From: Eledone cirrhosa
Lineage: Eukaryota
Length of the DNA: 64,000 nucleotides
Assembly (NCBI GenBank): GCA_964016885.1
Contig: OZ024742.1
Span: 37,758,001 to 37,822,000 of the forward strand
Direction of reading: 5' to 3'
The notes under the pieces were generated by a model, which saw only the letters and a list, made by a program, of their open reading frames with translations, searched no databases and was not told where the DNA came from. Shown here piece by piece: positions 24,631 to 38,942 of this stretch. Every line of letters begins with the position of its first letter. The first letter of the stretch is position 1. Position numbers and translations under genes: made by a program.

Positions 24631-25950
24631 TCATCATCATCAACGTTTAACGTCCGTGTTCCACGCTTGCATGGGTTTGGACGGGGGTTTTCCCACTTGA
24701 GGCAAGAGTGATTGTCTTGCTCGCATAGGACTGTCTGGCAGGTTTTCTACAGTTGGATGCCCTTCCTAACACCAACCACATTTACAGTGTGGGTCTGGGA
24801 GGTTTTTACCGTGTTGCCTACACGGCCACATTACAGCGTGGACTGTGTGTTTTTTGTCGTGACACCTACACGATCTCATTTGTTTCGGCCTGGATGGTGT
24901 GGCACCAACATAACTTTACATAGAACGGGGTGGTGTGGATGGGGTGGGGGTGGGGGTGGTGGCGGGACGGGGTGTAGTTTGTTAGAGATGCCTACTGGCA
25001 AGGCGGGTCTTCTCTGTTACTGAGTGCCGCCAAAGGTCTCGGTCCAGTGACATTGTCTTGGAGAGGTGTAAGTGTGTGAGGTCGGAGATTATCAGCTCGT
25101 CCCAGGTTTTTCTGGGTCTGCCTATTCCGTGGCTACCGTCTATCTTTATTGCCCTGCACTTTGTTATACAGCTATCGTCCTTCATGCGCATCACGTGACC
25201 ATACCAACGTAGCCTTCTCTCGAGTAGACAACATCTGATCCCTCTTATTTCTAATTTTTTTTTCCTTAGTTCGTTTATGCTTTGTCGTTCACGTATATTA
25301 CTATTACACATCCAGCGGAGCATGCAAGCTTCGTTTCTCTCTAGTCTGCGTATATCTTCTGCACACAATGCCCAGGTCTCACTGCCATGCAACATTGCTG
25401 TTCGTATGCAGGCATCGTACAACCTGCCTTTCATTTTTAGGGAGAACCCTTTAGCGGCTAATAGTGGTATAAGCTCTCTGAACTTTTTCCATCCAGTTCT
25501 GACTCTAGCTACTGTACTTTCAGAGCACCCTCCCCCACTGCTGATTTTGTCACCCAGGTAACGGAAGCTGTCCACTATTTCTATAGAACCCTCTGCGCAG
25601 CTGAAAGAGCTAGTATTTTGTGGGCACTTGCTGCTACTTATTGCGCCAGAACACCGGCCACATGTAAAATCTATGTTCTTAGTTAGCTTACCTGTGATCC
25701 CACTACATCTTTTATGCACCCAAACTTTGCATTTGGGACACAAAATGGAGTTTCTACCTACGCCTTTCCTACACTCTGCGCATGGCCACTTCCCGGAGGG
25801 GACCGCCGCCTTATTTTCTTTCGACAAACTAGAACTTTAGTCTTAGCCAGGTTAATTTTAAGGCCTTTTGATTCTAGGCCGTGCTTCCATGTTTGGAATT
25901 TCTTCTCTAGCTCGGCCATTGATTCAGCTATGAGCGTTAGATCATCATCA
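24631..25950 (-). mobile_element. 5'-truncated RTE LINE (family C)
   Basis: ORF 24982-25827 (GKWPCAECRKG...FRYLG...RRLRWYGHV), its own 3'UTR and (GAT)n tail. Truncated at the YADD codons. Confidence 0.92.
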
Positions 25951-25960
25951 TATATATATA

Positions 25961-26031
<71 letters not shown>

Positions 26032-26045
26032 ATTATATATATATA

Positions 26046-26092
<47 letters not shown>

Positions 26093-26127
26093 ATTATATA
26101 TATATATTATATATATATATATATATA
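25951..26127. repeat. Long (TA)n microsatellite
   Basis: Seen directly in the sequence. Confidence 0.95.
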
Positions 26128-26700
26128 TTGTTATACTTGGGGAGGGTCATATTTGTGTAATATTGCCAGAATTAATAACAGAACACACTCACTGTTTGGT
26201 TGGTTTTCGCTTCTGTGTCTTTTATATCGGTAATCTAATATACTCGGTCCTCAATGTTGCCATTGACTGACCGACGGTCAAAAATAATACAGATACAATA
26301 TAGACACAAACACATATATATAGTTTATCATAAATCTTTCGTTGCACATCTGCAACATCGTCAGTGGCGCTATTGTGTCCTCCTGTTGAATTGTATGGCT
26401 ACGCCATTTTTATTCAGTCTGTCTATATATTTATTTATTTATTTGCTTGTTTATTTATTTTATTTTGTCTTCTTTGTGCATGCGTTTGCGTGTGTGTATA
26501 GTGTTTTGTTTGATGTGTGATGTGTGTTCGTGATTGGGTGACTAATGTGTGTTTATGTGTTTGTTGTTATTGTGCTTGTGTATGTATTTATTTATTTTAT
26601 TTTATTTTATTTACTTATTTATACTTCTCTTAGGTCAGTGTTGTTTGTTTGGGTGTTGTTATTCCATTCATTCTTTCTGTATAGAACTTAGAATACCAAG
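26128..26700 (-). mobile_element. Penelope-like 3' fragment (family P2) with a short 5' inversion
   Basis: Homologous to 41897-42455 (NRKNEW codons to the 3' end). 26681-26700 (ATAGAACTTAGAATACCAAG) is the adjacent upstream piece in the opposite orientation. A hammerhead-like CTGACGA...GAAA lies at 26337-26364. Confidence 0.75.
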
Positions 26701-27915
26701 ATGAAAGCACACTTTCCGGGAATCAGTCCTTACTACTGGGATACGCGCGATTTTTCCACCAAAACGAAATGCACGAGGAGCTTCTCTTCACTCTGAATCT
26801 AGCCACAGATACTAAAGGTGCCACGATCTTTGAATCTGTCAAGGGATACCTCGAAGAAAAAGAGATACCTCTTAATAATATTGTATCATGTGCTACGGAC
26901 GGCGCAAGAGCAATGGTCGGCCAACATAAGGGTTTCGTCTCTCTTCTGAAGAGGGAAAATCCATCTGTATTTGCTGTTAATTGTGTCATTCATCGACAAC
27001 ACTTGGCTGCGAAGAAACTCAGCAAGCCGCTGAGCAAGTTCTTGCAGGTAGCCATTGATGTCATCAATTATATCAAACGCCATGCCCTCAATGAACAAAT
27101 TTTCTGGCAACTGTGCGAAGATAATGACGAAGAATTCGTCGAGTTGCTCCTTCATACTGAAGTGAGGTGGCTTTCAAAGGGCAAGTGCCTTACTCGCTTC
27201 TTTAAACTGTTCGACTCTATCATTGAGTTTCTTCAAGGACGCAACACAGAACTATATAAAAAAAACCTCGATGTGAGGCAAGACTGTGCCTACCTCGCCG
27301 ACATCTTTGACAAATGCAATAGTCTCATTATGGCTTTGCAGGGGGAGAAGATCACCTTGTTTAAAGCAAGGAATGCTGTGAAAATATTCCTGGCCAAATT
27401 GAAAGTCATCGAAAGGAATCTTTGTTGACGGGAATTCTATAATTTTCCTAGTGTCGCCAATGTTCAAAACATTGTGAGCGATGACCAACTGCAAATTTAT
27501 ACCGTGCACCTCCGTGCACTACAAGACAACACGAGAGAATGGTTTGTCAACCTTTTGCAGATGGACATCCCAATGTGGATAGCAGATCCCTTCATAGCCA
27601 ACGTCGACGATTTCGACGTTAAATTTCAGGAAGAATTTATTGAAATTCAGACAGATGACATTATCAAAATGAAATTTTCCAAAATAGGTGAACTCCTTTT
27701 TTGGATGCAAGAGGAAATTCAGCGTCGATTTCCACTCCTACATGCAGAGGCTAAGAGATTTGCTTTGCCTTTTCCTAACTCATACTTAGTCGAGAGGGGG
27801 TTTGGCGTTGTTTCCAGACTGCATAGTAAGGCTCGCAACCGCTACAATGTCAAAGAGTTAACTAAACTGACGTCAAAGAGTTAGCTAAACTCCATGAAGC
27901 TCAAGGGTCCCATTG
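26701..27915 (+). pseudogene. hAT transposase remnant (Charlie/ZBED5-like catalytic and dimerization regions)
   Basis: ORFs 26769-27428 and 27474-27884 carry SCATDGARAMVG, CVIHRQHLAAK, LLLHTEVRWLSKG and LPFPNSYLVERGF, with an internal stop and no N-terminus. Confidence 0.9.
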
Positions 27916-29362
27916 ATACAAGGTCAAAGTAAGTCGATTTTTTATTTGTAGTCTGACTGGACTGGAAACCATCTACCACAATTCACTTACTCATTTGTTG
28001 TATATATTTTACCGTTTACTAATGAATATACCCTCTTACGAGGTCGTGAAAACCCTCTTGCGTGGTCACAAAGCGGAGGGGACATCAAGTTAGATATCAA
28101 CATTTATTCTGTCCGTTTCATTAAAGGGAAAATTGGAAAGCTTTGAAATAATACAACTGCCACTTTCTTCCAGATAAGAGCACTCTTTGGATAGACAGAG
28201 TTGCTCTTGTATAAATGTTCAAAATAGCTGGTATCGTCTGGTGGGAATATAACAAATTCAACTGGTCCTTATTCATAAAAAAGAACATTTATGTTCCTTT
28301 TTTTGAAATTTATATACTTCCTTTCAAGGAATGTATTTATACTTTCAACTGCCTGCAATGGTATCTTTGGAATATCGTTAATCAATTTTTTAGTAATCTA
28401 CTGATATCAAAATTTGTAGTATATTGAAAAATGGATTTAAAAAAGGGGGGGGGGGGGGCGTTTCGTGATTTCGAAGGAAAAAAGGGTGCATTTGGCCGAA
28501 ATGGGTTGAGAACCTTTGGTCTAGATGAAAAAAAAAAGTGAGAGTGAGAGAGAAAAGACAAGAAATGTGAAATCAGTGTAAGAAAACAAGTGATTGCACT
28601 GCTGACAGAAAGAGGCTGTAAAATATTAAATAAGAGAATATTTGTTGATCCCAAGTCAGATGTTTAACCCTTTCAATACCAACCTGCCCAAAACTGGCTC
28701 CAGCTGCTATGTAATAAAGTCATCCATTTTAAATGATTCTCATTTAAATTAAAATCGTCCAACAATTTTATATAAGAACCTTTTGTTATGTAACAAATAT
28801 CTTCTTAAATGGTATTTGAAATGACTTTAGTAAAACTTTGCAAGTTCTTCAGTAATTAATTCAAATACAGTGCATTTTATTAGAAATATGGTTATATCAA
28901 ACCACCTGAAACCGCCCCAATTCTACAATACAAAGCTGTTTATTTTAAAGCGTAATATTTATCTAAAAACCTCCCATCACAATTTTACGTAAGAAGCTTT
29001 AAGTTATGTTCCAAATACCAACTTGATAATGAAAAAATGAGTTATATTACTATTCTTCCAAATTTCTGATTACTTAAAAAAATATTTGAAAATTATCGGT
29101 AGTGTCTTTTATTAGAAATATTGTAATGAAAGAGTTGAGAGTTTTTCAAAAAAGACTCATTACATCTTTACAACACAATATTTCCTTCTACAAATAAATA
29201 CTATACATTTATCTAACATATGTCAATATAAAAAGACCCCCTACTATTACCACCACAAAAATAGAAATTAAACTGAGAAAAATAGCAATAAATTAATGAC
29301 TAAACTTCAATTCATGATATTTTCTAAATCTCTTAATTTTCTTAAGAGAGATTTAAGAATAA

Positions 29363-29985
29363 CTAGCTGATGTACCCAGCTTCGCCCGGGTAAACAGATG
29401 AATTGCTTTTATTATCAGTATTCATTTCGAGCAATTGTCAAAAAATGACACAATAATAAATATAAAAGATGTTCGTCAATGTAAAAAAAGGTCCCTATTT
29501 ACTCCCTTGACAACTCTGTGTATGTTAGACTGACAGACAGGCACACAGACAGATAAACTGCATGGCGATTGTGGAACGCCACACGTACACACACATACAC
29601 GCATGGAAATGCGTACACACACACAAACTTACATACATGCACACACATGTTGATAGTTTTGACTTTCTGTGGAATGCTGCATGCACGCACACACACACAC
29701 ACAAACATACGCACACGTACATACACACTCACACATGTTAATAGTTAATTGCTTTCCTTTCCCTCTTATTTCCACACACGTCTCTACACTGACACATATA
29801 CATAGTGTATCCAACACAGCGTTCACTTTGCCTGTTTATTACTCTCCCCTCTCACTCCCTCATTGGCATTATGCATATTACTTTAAGTTTGGTGTCGTTG
29901 AGGTGGGCGGAGTTGTTCTATGAACCAATAATAATCGAGAATTATGACACACGGAATACTGACATTGTTGAAATTAATATATAGA
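29363..29985 (-). mobile_element. Non-autonomous Helitron
   Basis: Minus strand A|TCTATATATT...ACCCGGGCGAAGCTGGGT hairpin...CTAG|T, with internal (GT)n. Confidence 0.75.
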
Positions 29986-30534
29986 TATTAGTATGAAGAG
30001 CACACAGTTGTAGAAACTATGCCAAATGTACAAAGGAGACATAGTTCTCCAACCCATTTAGGGGTGCAGTAACTCAGAATAAGATCTAACTCAGATGGTA
30101 ATGACCAATCCAACCCATGCCAGTATGGAAAATGAATGTAAAACGATGATGATAGTGAAGATTAGTACTCAGAAAAATGTTGAATAAGATATTGTGGTGA
30201 TAAAATAATTAGTGCTATTTGGTTACAAATCCTACTTAGGTCCATTTTGCCTTTTATCTTAGCAAGATTGATGAGTACCTGGGTCAATATAGTACTTCAG
30301 ACAATTGACTATACCATAAAAAGCAATGCCCCAGCAGGGCCACCACATAATGACTGAAATGAATTAAAGAATTGAGAGTTGGCAGTCAATCTACAGAAGA
30401 TCTTAGTATCAAGGTTCATTAATTCAATTACTTGCAATCAACAGTAAAGTTAAATACATAGCTAAAGACAAACTGGTTTACATTAGTCACGTAACAAAAT
30501 GGAATTAAAGGCAGAAAGTAATAAATAGATTTAC

Positions 30535-30546
30535 CATCGTTATCAG
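30535..30546 (-). CDS. Candidate 12-nt microexon (phase 1-1), adds (P/A)DND(E)
   Basis: Minus strand ...ttcttcttctgactatttgcatctaccgttctgc...tcattcag|CTGATAACGATG|gtaaat. It is frame-preserving, creates no stop and has upstream pyrimidine tract and TGC motifs. Confidence 0.45.
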
Positions 30547-33500
30547 CTGAATGATAAGTATTTCACTAAAGCAGAACGGTAGATGCAAATAGTCAGAAGA
30601 AGAAGAAAATAAAAAATAAAAATAAAATGATTACAGACTGCTGGTGAGGGACAAAGTTATCTTTGAGCAAATTTTGTTCTAGTTTAGTAGTGACTTAGAT
30701 ATGATCAACATTTTTTATGAAATAAACATGAACAGCTTCCTGACCAAGGCTAAAGCTTTGTATCATCATTTTACATCCTGTTTCCATATTGGCATGAGTT
30801 AGACAAGTTGTCATGGTCCAAGTCAATTCTTATTCAGAGTTGTTACCCTCCTAGAAGGGTCAAAGGTTGATATCACACTCATGTGTTCTAAAAACTGAAG
30901 TTATATAATATGTTGTGTAAACATTGGCTTATATAGATGCCCTTCTTAACACTAACCACTTTATAGAGGATACTGGGGGCAGTGATTAGCGTTACTGTAA
31001 AAATGGAAGTTATATATTGCATAAACATCAACTCAGGTTAAAACAATTCACAAAATGGTTTCATCAATCCCAACTTAAGTTTTCAAATCTATGGATGTCT
31101 AAAATTGATAAAACATTACTTAATAAGTGAAAAACAAACAAACAAAAAAACACTTAGCTAGTAGTAAAAGGTAAACAGGAGAACACATAGAAGAAATTTA
31201 AAACAGAGTATTGGAACTTACAGAAGAAACAACTACTAAAACTGGCTGATTGAAAGAAGCATCTTAAAATAACATAGAAAAGCTAGTATTGGATGCAGTT
31301 AAAAACGATGCTGGCGATATTTAAAATCACTAAGTCTTACTTAAAACCCAATGAGTATTTTGAAGACTATATAATGCAGTTTGTTATATATGATGAGATA
31401 CATTCACTTGTAAAATTGTTGCTCCAATTACATATGTTTTGATACACATTTAAATGCTATCAATTAGAGCCAGCTGAATTCATTCATTCAGAAAAGAAAA
31501 AAAAAAACACTCAAAAAATTTGATGATGATAATGATGGTGGTTGATCACCATTATGATGGCCATAAACAATAGGCAATGTAAAAGTGTGTATTTTTTAAC
31601 TCTTGAAAATGTGATAAAAACAAAAATATAAAATAGTGTTTTAAACAGTGAAGTCTACCAGTCTGTGTTGAATGTTGGATATACTGATTGTGAACAGGTT
31701 ATTCAAAGAACTCAACAGAATAAATAAATAATCGCACATATCATAATAGGAAAATACAAAGTTAGGGTGTTCATGACCTCCCCTAGAAGCATTAGTAATA
31801 GAAATGAGTCAATTACAATCTATATAATAACTATACAGCCTTTTTGTTCATGTCACACAAATGCAACAATCTGTTAAAAGCGGTCTAAAATTTTAATTTA
31901 GACTTTATGGAATACAAACATAACACACACAAAAGTGGAGGTGGGGAAAACAAATGTCATAAAACTGTCTCTGACAATTGTGTTGTTTATCTTGCCCCTT
32001 TTTTCTCCAATGTTCTCTCTGGCTTTGTACAAGTTTTGTGAAGAATGACAAATATTACTTCTTATGTCTGCAAAACAACAGACCCACAATACACTTGGAT
32101 CACCTATATAATGACACCCGAGTCATTAAAACCCTCTAGACATACAAAGCCTATGTATAGTTTAAAGCCACATACCATTTCAACTCACACAACTTCTCCA
32201 GCAAACATGTTTAAAACAACTGCAAACATTTAGACACAATAGCAACAAGCATGAGTATAAGAGCAGTTAATGCTAAAATCAATGTCCCTCCCAGCTGACC
32301 AACATACCACAAAAGATCAAAATGTTTGGAACTCAATATTAACCATTTTGATACTGAGTCTGCTTGAAATCACCTTGGGTTTTACAATAGAAGTGTTTGG
32401 TTTAAAGTGCTATAAAAAAAATCCAATCATCACATTTTATGTAAGAACCTATAAGTTAGGTTTGAAACACCAGCTGAAATAAAAAAAGCTAGTTATATTA
32501 CTAAATCCCATCAAATTCTTTTATTATAAATATGGTAATGAAAGGATGAAAATGCTTCTTTATACCTAACTTTGTCTTGAGTTTAAGCACTATATATAAA
32601 TCCTAAGTAGTTCCATTTATTGCATAGTTTACTTCAACTAGAACCTATGTGAGACAATGAGGGGGCTTCTATGTAGCTGCTGAACCTGCTAGAAATAGCA
32701 GGCAAAACTCATTTAAATCACATTCAAAATTGTAAAAGAACAAAATAATGTAGTACTAGATACTCTTAAAAAAAACATAAATATGATGGCTATGGCTGGA
32801 ATGATCAAGTTGATCTGGGGTATGATCAAGTTGACCTGGGGGCTAAACAATAATAACTTCCTTATAGGCGAAAGTAGGCTAGACAACAAACAACATATAC
32901 ATCATGACCAGCCAGCTATTACAAACAATAGTGAATTGGATCAACAAAGCAATTTCAAAACATTTCTAGAACTGCTTTCATTTGTGTTTATATCCTATCC
33001 TTGAAGATTAATGATTGTGTGAAAAATAAATTACTACTACTGCTGCTACCAACACCTCCACCCAAACCCCTACCATCACTACGGCTGCTGCTGCTACTGC
33101 TACTACTATTACTTGTGCAGTGGGTGGCTGGATTGGTAGAGTATTAGACAAAATACCTTGCAATATTTAGTTACATGAAGTTATATAAGTTCAAATTTCT
33201 CTGAAGTCAACTTAGCTTTCATTCTTCTAGGGTCAATAAATAAGTATGAGTCAAATATTAGGGTCAATCTAATCAACAATCCCTGCCAATGTTTGTCATT
33301 ATCATTATTACCAGCTGACCCTATGGACATTTTACAGTTAAATTAGAAAAAGTCACCAAGTATTTAAGATCAACATGACATTTTAAATGTTTTATAAATT
33401 ATTACACACTAATAATATAATTGGCTGCTACCACCACCCCTCTTAGACCACACTTTTTCATACCATCCCTTTTCTATAAAAACTTGTTACAGCATGGGAT

Positions 33501-33632
33501 TAAAAAAGCACCACTGCTCCCCCCCCCCCCTCTCGTACATGCACACACACACACTCCCTCTCTTATCATTACTAGTGTTTACACAAAATATGCAACAGTA
33601 TTAATATAATAGATAATTATTATTGTTATTAT

Positions 33633-34078
33633 TGGCAGTATCGGTAGAACGTCAATCACCATGCTTTGTAGCATAGAGTTGCGGCCGATTACAGTCTGAG
33701 TTCATTTCTCGTTGAGGTTAGCTTTGTCTTTCATTCTTACGGGGTTGATAAAATAAAGCACCAGTAATGCACTGACAGCAATTTAATCGACTTGCCTCTC
33801 CCTTCAAAATTGCTGGCCTTGTGCCTAAATTAGAAACAATTATTATTATTACTTGGGTGGTGGATTGGCAGAATTGTTGAAGTGTAGGACAAAATGATTG
33901 GGAGTAATTAATTACAACCTTTTTACATTCTGAGTTCAAATCCCATTGAGGCCAATTTTGCTTTTCATCCTTCTAGGGTCGATGAAATAAAGTATCAATC
34001 AAGTACTGGGACTGATTTAATCAACCCATATTCCTCAAATTACTGGCATTGTGACTAAAATAGAAATCATTATTATTT
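33633..34078 (+). mobile_element. Two diverged S1-related SINEs
   Basis: B box and TTCATCCTT..GGGTCGAT core, with (TTA)n tails. Confidence 0.7.
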
Positions 34079-34079
34079 C

Positions 34080-34600
34080 TTCCATAGATTCATGTGAGTT
34101 TCTACTGTGTCTCTTGGTACCCCTCTATGTTCTTGAGGTATGTGCAGCAATCTATGTTCTTATTTTCGAAGAGTGGGAGAGTATAGACTCATGTTAGTGC
34201 AGTGCTTCAGTTTTGTTTTGTTATGGGGTTTAGCTTGTTTCTGGTGTTATTTTAGTGTTTGTTCTGTTGTGTAAGATATGTCTAATGTGAATTATGTTAT
34301 GTTATTGGGTATTAATGAGTTGTGTTGCTATAATTTATTTTGTGCTTACTGTATAGGATGTGTATTGCGTGTGGATATTATTCTATTTAGGTTGTGCTAT
34401 TGAATCGATAATATCTTGCGCAGGATTTGGGTTGTTCCTAGCAGAGTTATTTTCTGGACAGTGTGTAGCATTGTAAACCTTGGTATGGCTTGTTTTAGTT
34501 TATATTTGCTTATCACACTTAGTGTTCCAATTATCATTATTAGTTGAAGAACTATAGCTGTTATTGTTGCTTGTTTATGTTCTTTCTAATGCAACCCATA
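34080..34600 (-). mobile_element. R4/Dong-like (REL-endonuclease) LINE 3' remnant
   Basis: 34540 to 34397 translates as IMIIGTLSVISK...HTVQKITLLGTTQILRKILSIQ*, the typical IGALG...QK.ALLGT..ILRK.L C-terminus. Confidence 0.7.
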
Positions 34601-37600
34601 TTGTTGAAAACCATACCAAGATTCTCCTCTAAAAATAGATGAAAAAAAAGAAAAAATGAAAAGCTGTTTGTTCTTTCAATGTTTTGAGTTGACTATATAC
34701 TCTGCTGTCTATTTCAGCCGAAATAGTCTTCTTTGGGTTATAGTTTTTTCTCTAAATAACTTACAGATGGCTCTTACATTTTTCCAATGTCTCGTTTTCT
34801 TTTTTTTAACTCAAGTTATAGTTTACAAACTTCTACTAATTAATCTTTTATATCATGTATGTTTAGAGCTATCACAATTACTAAAGATAATCTGTTATGA
34901 ATTGCTGTGTTAACAAAAGACTAAGATTTTAAATGAGGACAAGAAAATAGGTACCAATGTTAAATGTAGTCCCAAAAAGGAAGATACCCACTGTAAAACA
35001 TCTGATTCAGAAGATATATTTCTGATGTTATAGACACCTTAAATTTGCCACAACCAATGAGAGAGCTTCTACATCATTGTTAAACCTGCTAGAAATAGCA
35101 ACCAGATCTCCTTTATCTCACACCCTACAGTCTTAAAAAAGGATAATATGGTCCCGAATGAAAATGAAAAAAAGATAAATAAATAAATAAAATGCAATTT
35201 ACAGCCCACGCACATATAGGTTTAGCTGGCCACCTATGAGGTTGCATCTCATATAAGATTTCTTGGGTGTTTTAATAGACCCTAGACATATAAAAAGCAA
35301 TATCAAATGAAGTTATTTGCTCAAGAACACATGTGGCTCGGTCCAGGTATAAAACCCATGACCTTGTGATTATCTTCAACGCACTAACCACTTGGCTAAA
35401 TGCCTTCACAATAATCCTGAATGTACATAGCCTAAAAGATTGTATATTTGGTCAATCAGGACAGGAATGTGACTAAAGAATAACATCTTACTAGAACACA
35501 GGTTTTAGAAAATGCTTTCTTTTACACAATCTCATATAATATCACTGCAGAAGCTAGTACAGTAATGTGCATCTATAATCATCATTATAGTAAAAATGAT
35601 GATGATATCTCTATATATATATGTCAGGCATTAGTAACCTTTTAGAGAGCTAAGGCTGGTCAAGTTCTTTAGGATACACATTTACCCTTTTGTGACCAAT
35701 TTTCTAACAAGAATATACTGCGTATATAGTGCTTTAATTATCAAAATAATCATGAACTATTACAGGTATACTGAAATAATTAACTTTCAACTTAATAATA
35801 AAAGACAAATATTTAACTACTGAAATTTAATATTATCTGTCATGTAATAATAAGATTTCAGCCAAAGATTTGAATTTAAATTTAACATTTTAAACCTTTT
35901 GTTGCCATATTTGTAATTAAATACCTGATATAATTAAAGAAGAAAGAGTGATTTGTTAAAATTATTGTTTCTCTATGATGGCACATCTAATATAGCAAAA
36001 TGTTTTTAGATAAAATTATGTTGCAAACTTTTAATTAAAATAGGAACCCTTTAAATTGGTTGGTGCTTAAAGGATTAATGCAATATCTTGTTACCATCAT
36101 TGTGCTGTATTTTGAGAAAGAAGACAATTCTCAATAGCCCATGGTGAGCCATAGTTCATTATTGGAAATAGAGGATATTTCATTAGATTAAAGTAATGAG
36201 CTCTAATTTTCCAAAAGGAAAAAGCTTGTGATAAGCTGATGTTTCTATACAGCAAGATGTTTTTTCAACTGCTTAATGATTAGCAGCATGTTGCCTCCAT
36301 GCCACAAGTCACCACTTAGAAACACGCAATATACATAAGAGTTGGGTGTGAAGAGATAAGAAGGAATGTAGAAGTTAGAGATATACTTAGGAAATAACAA
36401 AAATAATGTGGAAGTGAGCCAGGACAGAGTTCAATAGATGAACAAAACGAACCATAGACAGGCCATCACCTGAGTATTTAGAGTCCTAGGCTAGTGCTAC
36501 AATGTGCACTCCCTTCAACTTAGTTTGGCAAGATGACAAGCCTAGTTTTTAACACTTCGTGCTTTAACCACACAAAGAAAATTACTAAGTCTGCATTTTC
36601 TACTACACAGTCCACACTCATTCATGCTAAACCATGTTACAGATTATACAACCCTCTCAAACTCTTTCAATGTTTCCACAACACTGCTACATGACAAAGA
36701 TGTTTAGTGATTTATTTACTGATCATAGGAAATTACATATTTAAGTTAATAATTCAAATTTGTATAAAATTGTGATCTTTTAAGGTTTAGTAAAGGATAC
36801 TTTTGAGGTCTGCACCCTAGGCAGTTGCCTTGTTGGCCTAAATTAACCTTTAACACACTGTTGATGACAAAGTGTAACAATAGAGTCATCTCGCCTTAAT
36901 ACATAATGCAGTGTCAAGGGAAGCGACTCATTAAAAAATCCAGCGTGCTGAAGATTAAGCACCAGCCCTGATCATGGAGTGGAGTCCAAGTGAGGGACAA
37001 AGGAGAAGCAGACAAAAGAGGAGACATAAGGATGACATTGAAGAATGCATGTGATCAGGGGAAGTACAAGACTAATTTGGACAGGAAAGAGAAGGGGCTT
37101 GAAAAGGGATGCATGTAGTAGTGGACTAGTGAAGGGGAAGGACGAAAGGATATACATAAATATCTGAGGTGAAAGATCTTTCTCAAATAAACTCGGTTGA
37201 ATCAACAATTTCTATACAACACTTCAAATGGTGCTTGCTTTAGCTAAGTATTGATCAGATTGAATAACACTGTCTTAAATGCTGTACAGGAGCTTTGTTA
37301 GTATTAATCCTTTAATCAAACTACTTTCAAGGTCAAACCAGATTGTAAACACTGCTATTAACAAGACCTTCCTGTATAGTAAATAAACTAATTTCTTTTG
37401 ACTTAGGATGTCAAATGAGTGGTTTTGTTTCACAGAAATAGATGTGGTTTGGGGTTGGTTAATATCAAAAGTGCAATTTTTAGCTCATTTGTTTATTTAT
37501 TTTTATTATTATTAAAGATTTTAAATCAACATTGTGAAATGGAAAACAGTAGCCTCTTCTAGAATGGCTTCTACTTGCTGGTAAAGTTAGAATGTAGCCA

Positions 37601-38601
37601 TAACAGAGCCTTTAAGGGATTTAGTTGATCATATCAAACTCCACATTTGTTTCTTCATGTCTAGTACTCATTTTATAAACAGTCAGTAAACATAAACACA
37701 TAGACATCACATGACAGTCTTCTAATACTTTCCACCCACAAGGCATCGATCAACCAGAGGCTATAGTTGAAAACACTTCTCCAAGATGCCGTGCAGTGGG
37801 ACTGAACCTCAAATCACTGTTGTAAAGTGAAACAATTAAAAATTGTTTTCATAGAAGAAAATGAGACGTGTGTGTATTATTTGTAAGAAGTTTATAAGAG
37901 TTAATGTCATGTCAGAACAGACTAGGACAGGCATATTTGAATAGTGTGTATAGAGATTATGACCATTGTAAAGACAATAAAGAGGGATCAAAACCCTGTA
38001 ATGCAATAGAAATTCCAAGAAGTCTGTCCCTCAACTGGTCACTCACTACAGGTGGACATAAAATCCACATTGATTTTATACTTTCCAGGAAATGAAGCAA
38101 TCTAAGAGATGTGAATTGAAAATCTCTCACTTTAGCAAAAAAGAAAAAAAATAATAATATAAATAAATAAAAAGCATTTCTTAATTCTGATTAGAAGTCA
38201 GTTACTTTAGATTGGTGGTGAAGAAGATTAGAAAGCAAAGATGGTGGTGGGTGGCGGAGGGGGTTAAAAGATCTTTCTGCTCAAGAAAATTTCAAAATAG
38301 CATGAGATAATACCTATTTAAATAAGAAAGACAACATAGAGAGACAAGAACAGATAGGTGTTCCAAAGAGACCACCTGCTGCATGCAAGTGACCAGTTAT
38401 GTAGATGAACACAATCACAGCCAGGCAGACAATGATATAGTTCCAGAATAGTGCACTAGATAAAGATGCAGGAGTTAAGTGACAGGCATTGAAGGGGTTG
38501 AAGAAAATGAGTAAGAAGGACAAATATTAACCCTTTCGATAACAAACTGCATGAAAATACACCTAGTTCTCCGATAAAAAAAAATACTGTGTGTTTTAAA
38601 A

Positions 38602-38942
38602 CAGCAGTTGCCAACCAGTGGTCCGCGGATCATTGGTGGTCTGCAGAATAATTTGAACATTATTGGGAATTTTTATGTTTTATTAATAATAAAGCAAAAA
38701 TAATATTTGGTTAAAATATATTTCATAACACCCCTAAAATGTTTCTCCTCAGTAATGAACTAACATTCACGAAAGAATTTTACACATATGTATCATCTAT
38801 TGACAATATGACATGTACGCTTCAGTATTGAAAATAAAATGGAAGTTCTCTGATCATATTTTACAAATGTATATTAGTGGTCCGCACGATTTAAAATTAT
38901 GAATTTAGTGGTCTGTGAAGTCCGAAACGTTGGTGACCGCTG
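38602..38942. mobile_element. hAT MITE (MER5/Charlie-like)
   Basis: TIRs CAGCAGTTGCCAAC / GTTGGTGACCGCTG; TSD TTTTAAAA/TTTTAAAG. Confidence 0.75.

Larger units (their letters stand above)
24135..28518 (+). mobile_element. hAT (Charlie/Buster-type) DNA transposon with nested RTE and Penelope insertions
   Basis: TIRs TAAAGGTTCTCAAC (24135) and GTTGAGAACCTTTG (ending 28518); 8-bp TSD GTCTAGAT at 24127-24134 and 28519-28526; transposase remnant inside. Confidence 0.85.

Noticed and set aside
38082-38101. 20-nt minus-strand microexon (tag|ATTGC...GAAA|gtataa)
   Set aside because: It would shift the frame and has a weak donor.
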